Assembly (NCBI GenBank): GCA_000004985.1
Contig: GG739499.1
Direction: 5' to 3' (one strand)
DNA from: Naegleria gruberi
Lineage: Eukaryota
Length of the DNA: 1,205 nucleotides
Below, piece by piece: positions 1-1,205 of the stretch. How positions within the stretch are numbered: position 1 is the first letter of the stretch; each line of letters starts with the position of its first letter. A program made the translations under genes and the position numbers. Under the pieces are notes generated by a model. The model was not told the origin of the DNA and searched no databases. It was given only the letters and a program-made list of their open reading frames with translations.

Positions 1-127
1 AAATAAAATGTTCATCATATTCATTATTAATGATGGAATGAAGTGAGCAGGAACGAATTTTGGAATAATCATTGTTTCGGATACATTCAACAGCTTCTTC
101 CCATTTCTTCTTATCGGTTGATGCCAT
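1..127 (-). CDS. Partial CDS, N-terminal 42 codons, running off the left edge of the window. It encodes a hypothetical protein beginning MASTDKKKWEEAVECIRNNDYSKIRSCSLHSIINNEYDEHFI and continuing beyond position 1.
   Basis: Reverse-complementing 1..127 by hand puts an ATG at 127..125. It is the first in-frame ATG after a TGA five codons upstream and is immediately preceded by an A7 tract. The frame then stays open for 42 codons to the window edge. G at first codon positions is about 26%, similar to the neighbouring Sel1 gene at about 30%, and the amino-acid mix (K/N/E/D/I/Y) is typical of AT-rich proteomes. The six-frame track omits it because there is no stop inside the window. No Shine-Dalgarno motif lies upstream. 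Confidence 0.42.
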   Translation of the reverse strand, partial: MASTDKKKWEEAVECIRNNDYSKIRSCSLHSIINNEYDEHFI

Positions 128-311
128 TTTTTTTGTTTGTAGTCATTACAAAAATAGTTTATACACGTTTCGAATAATATCAATCAACAAAGGCACAGCT
201 CAGATGGAGAATCTGCGAAAAAGGATCCTAAAAAGCAACATTCAAGAAAGAAACACTCTGAGATTAAAGATGGAAAGTTTATTGAGTAGAAAATTGTCTT
301 CATTGATTTAG
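72..311 (+). CDS. 79-aa hypothetical ORF from the track, probably spurious or antisense.
   Basis: The frame is open for 80 codons including the stop, TAG at 309..311. Only about 13% of first codon positions are G. It uses CG-containing codons (cgg, tcg, acg, cga) that are rare elsewhere in this window, and the protein is S/L/F/R-rich, which is what antisense or non-coding AT-rich sequence tends to give. Positions 72..127 overlap the more coding-like minus-strand start antisense. If it were real, it would be convergent with the Sel1 gene, with the 16-bp palindrome between the two stops. Confidence 0.15.
   Translation: MFRIHSTASSHFFLSVDAIFFVCSHYKNSLYTFRIISINKGTAQMENLRKRILKSNIQERNTLRLKMESLLSRKLSSLI
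158..187 (-). promoter_or_regulatory. Candidate promoter for the minus-strand gene that starts at 127. On the minus strand it reads TTGATT (187..182), an 18-nt spacer, then TATAAA (163..158). The same TATAAA could equally be a eukaryotic-style TATA box.
   Basis: Read directly from the minus strand: cTTTGTTGATTgatattattcgaaacgtgTATAAAc. Against the sigma70 consensus the -35 element matches 4 of 6 and the -10 element 5 of 6, with an acceptable 18-nt spacer. The TATAAA sits 31-36 nt upstream of the ATG. A TAnnTTTG-like motif (TATTTTTG, 156..149) follows. In roughly 70% AT DNA such matches are common by chance. Confidence 0.2.
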
Positions 312-322
312 TGGAATAATGA

Positions 323-338
323 TAAGTTGCTCTTTCAA
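323..338. repeat. Perfect 16-bp palindrome tttcaaatatttgaaa, function unknown. It could be a protein-binding site or a weak AT-only hairpin 3' of the Sel1 gene.
   Basis: All eight base pairs 323-338, 324-337 through 330-331 were checked and are complementary, while 322/339 is not. The palindrome lies 28 nt downstream of the Sel1 stop at 367 and 11 nt after the plus-ORF stop at 311. The stem has a single G:C pair and the minus strand has no T-run after it, so it is not a convincing intrinsic terminator. Confidence 0.55.
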
Positions 339-366
339 ATATTTGAAACTTTGTTTACAGTTTGTT

Positions 367-861
367 TCAATTAATGAAATTTTGGGCTGCAGAGCTTCCA
401 TTCTCAGCAGCTTTTATGATCCATTCCATTGCTTTGCAATAATCATGTTGAACTCCTTTTCCAATAAGGTATAACCATCCAATTTGAAATTGAGCGCATG
501 AATGACCATGTTCAGCAGCTTTTAGAAACCATTCCATTGCTTTTTTGTAATCTTGTTTGACTCCTTGTCCATTTTGATATAAAAATCCAATTTCAAATTG
601 AGAAATTGAATGACCATTGTTAGTAGATATTAAAAAATACTCCATTGCCTTGGAATAATCTTGTTTAACTCCTTGTCCATATCCATATAAACATCCAATG
701 TTGTGATATGATGCTGAATGACCATTTTCAGCAGCTTTTAGAAACCATTCCATTGCTTTGGAATAATCTTTTGTAGCTCCTTGTCCATTTTGATATAAAC
801 ATCCAATTTCAAATTGAGAAATTGAATGACCATTTTCAGCAGCTTTTAAATACCAATCCAT
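367..861 (-). CDS. Sel1-like repeat (SLR/TPR-family) protein, 164 aa, made of 4.5 tandem 36-aa repeats and ending in a TGA stop at 369..367. It is probably the intact 3' portion of a longer SLR gene, because the annotated Met is the repeat-consensus Met.
   Basis: The translation shows four full repeats plus a 20-aa partial repeat, with the M-(D/E)-W-(F/Y)-L-K-A-A-E-N-G-H-S at the start of each unit and I-G-x-L-Y-x-N-G-Q-G-V-K-Q-D-Y-x-K-A at its end. The conserved A/G/Y/W positions give a strong match to the Sel1 repeat consensus (A..W..KAAeqG...Aq..LG.mY..G.GV..D...A). Minus-strand repeat boundaries fall at Met 861, 753, 645, 537 and 429. The antisense strand is full of stops. Upstream of 861 the same repeat continues, but out of frame. 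Confidence 0.8.
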   Translation of the reverse strand: MDWYLKAAENGHSISQFEIGCLYQNGQGATKDYSKAMEWFLKAAENGHSASYHNIGCLYGYGQGVKQDYSKAMEYFLISTNNGHSISQFEIGFLYQNGQGVKQDYKKAMEWFLKAAEHGHSCAQFQIGWLYLIGKGVQHDYCKAMEWIIKAAENGSSAAQNFIN

Positions 862-1205
862 TGCTTTGGAATAATCCTGTTGAACTCCTTTTCCATGCTT
901 GTATAACCATCCAATTTGAAATTGCGATGCTGACCTGAATGACCATTTTCAGCAGCTTTTAAATACCATTCCATTGCTTTTTTATAATCTTGTTTGACTC
1001 CTTGTCCATTTTGATATAAAAATCCAATTTGTAATTGAGAAATTGAATGACCATTGTCTAGTAGCTATTAAAAACTATTCCATTGCCTTGGAATAATCTT
1101 GTTTAACTCCTTGTCCATATCCATATAAACATCCAATGTTGTGATATGATGCTGAATGACCATTTTCAGCAGCTTTTAGAAACCATTCCATTGCTTTGGA
1201 ATAAT
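862..1205 (-). pseudogene. Upstream continuation of the Sel1-repeat array, about three more 36-aa units reaching past the window edge. It is disrupted by one nonsense codon and two frameshifts, so it is either a pseudogenised 5' portion or an assembly artefact.
   Basis: Repeat Met codons fall at 1191..1189, 1083..1081 and 974..972, and the repeat nearest the edge translates cleanly to SKAMEWFLKAAENGHSASYHNIGCLYGYGQGVKQDYSKAME. The lesions, judged against the intact paralogous repeats, are as follows. An in-frame TAG sits at 1077..1075, where the homologous repeat has GAG-TAT and this one has GAA-TAG. There is a 1-nt insertion (c) near 1058. There is a 5-nt insertion near 926-935 (gatgctgaCCTGAatgacc), which looks like a local duplication or gene conversion. 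Confidence 0.5.

Larger units (their letters stand above)
367..1205 (-). repeat. Tandem coding-repeat array with a 108-bp unit and at least 7.5 units. It also has a higher-order period of about 432-438 bp, meaning a four-unit block is duplicated in tandem.
   Basis: By direct alignment, 938..1205 matches 501..767 at an offset of 437-438 nt with about 96% identity, and 1088..1205 is identical to 650..767 over about 118 bp. Positions 883..937 match 451..500 at offset 432 but are more diverged. Unit-to-unit identity within a block is lower. Confidence 0.85.

Noticed and set aside
216-236. gAAAAAGgatcctAAAAAGc, a direct repeat of aaaaag flanking a GGATCC site, as a possible regulatory element
   Set aside because: It is a short, low-complexity A-run repeat in roughly 70% AT DNA and is expected by chance. 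I found nothing else to support it.
72-311. The 79-aa plus-strand ORF as a small convergent gene terminating at the palindrome
   Set aside because: I did not reject it outright, and it stays as a low-confidence feature. It was downgraded because its codon and composition statistics look non-coding and because it overlaps the more coding-like minus-strand start antisense.
323-338. Rho-independent terminator for the Sel1 gene
   Set aside because: The stem is almost entirely A:T with one G:C pair, a perfect palindrome leaves no real loop, and no T-run follows on the minus strand. I kept it only as an unexplained palindrome.
367-861. Helicobacter Hcp-type cysteine-rich SLR protein, because several repeats contain Cys
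   Set aside because: The Cys residues (IGCLY in repeats 1 and 2, and HSCAQ and DYCKA in repeat 4) are not at the regularly paired helix A and helix B positions that form the disulfide in each Hcp repeat. I take them as incidental.
926-1060. Frame disruptions read as tiny spliceosomal introns of the Paramecium kind
   Set aside because: The extra material is only 1 nt and 5 nt relative to intact paralogous repeats, which is far shorter than any intron, and it has no GT..AG boundaries.
862-1205. Reading the in-frame TAG at 1077..1075 as a sense codon under a ciliate-type genetic code, which would extend the SLR ORF upstream
   Set aside because: Even with TAG or TAA read as Gln, the +1 and +5 insertions still break the frame. 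The intact ORF also ends at a TGA, and the paralogous codon is TAT, so a nonsense substitution is the simpler reading.
367-1205. CRISPR array or satellite, given the regular direct repeats
   Set aside because: The period is 108 bp, with no short conserved repeat alternating with unique spacers. The repeats are in-frame coding units with a clear Sel1 protein motif.

Overview
This is an AT-rich window of about one-third GC, and almost all of it is a tandem array of Sel1-like (TPR-family) repeats coding on the minus strand. Each unit is 108 bp, or 36 aa, and fits the consensus [AME(W/Y)(F/Y)LKAAENGHSxxQFxIGxLYxNGQGVKQDYxKA], which is a strong match to the Sel1/SLR fold. The array runs from past the right window edge (1205) down to a TGA stop at 369..367. 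Only the 3'-proximal 4.5 repeats (367..861) form an intact reading frame, which is the 164-aa ORF in the track. The upstream repeats (862..1205) are clearly homologous but are broken by an in-frame TAG, a +1 insertion and a +5 insertion. The array also has a higher-order structure: a block of four repeats (about 432 bp) is duplicated in tandem at roughly 96% identity, and one stretch of about 118 bp is perfectly identical between the copies. Downstream of the Sel1 stop lies a 239-bp AT-rich spacer (128..366) with a perfect 16-bp palindrome. Below that, the track misses a probable minus-strand gene start. It has an ATG at 127..125 preceded by a stop five codons upstream and an A7 tract, and it stays open for 42 codons to the window edge. 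The 79-aa plus-strand ORF (72..311) overlaps that start antisense and looks less coding-like, with low G at first codon positions and CG-containing codons that are rare elsewhere in the window. I cannot tell the source organism from 1.2 kb. Base composition, the eukaryote-like repeat fold, the absence of a Shine-Dalgarno sequence and a degrading repeat gene would all fit an AT-rich host-associated bacterium such as an amoeba symbiont or pathogen, a giant virus, or an AT-rich protist. I see no evidence of a novel multi-gene system in this window. The interesting biology is the recently duplicated, partly pseudogenised Sel1-repeat gene.
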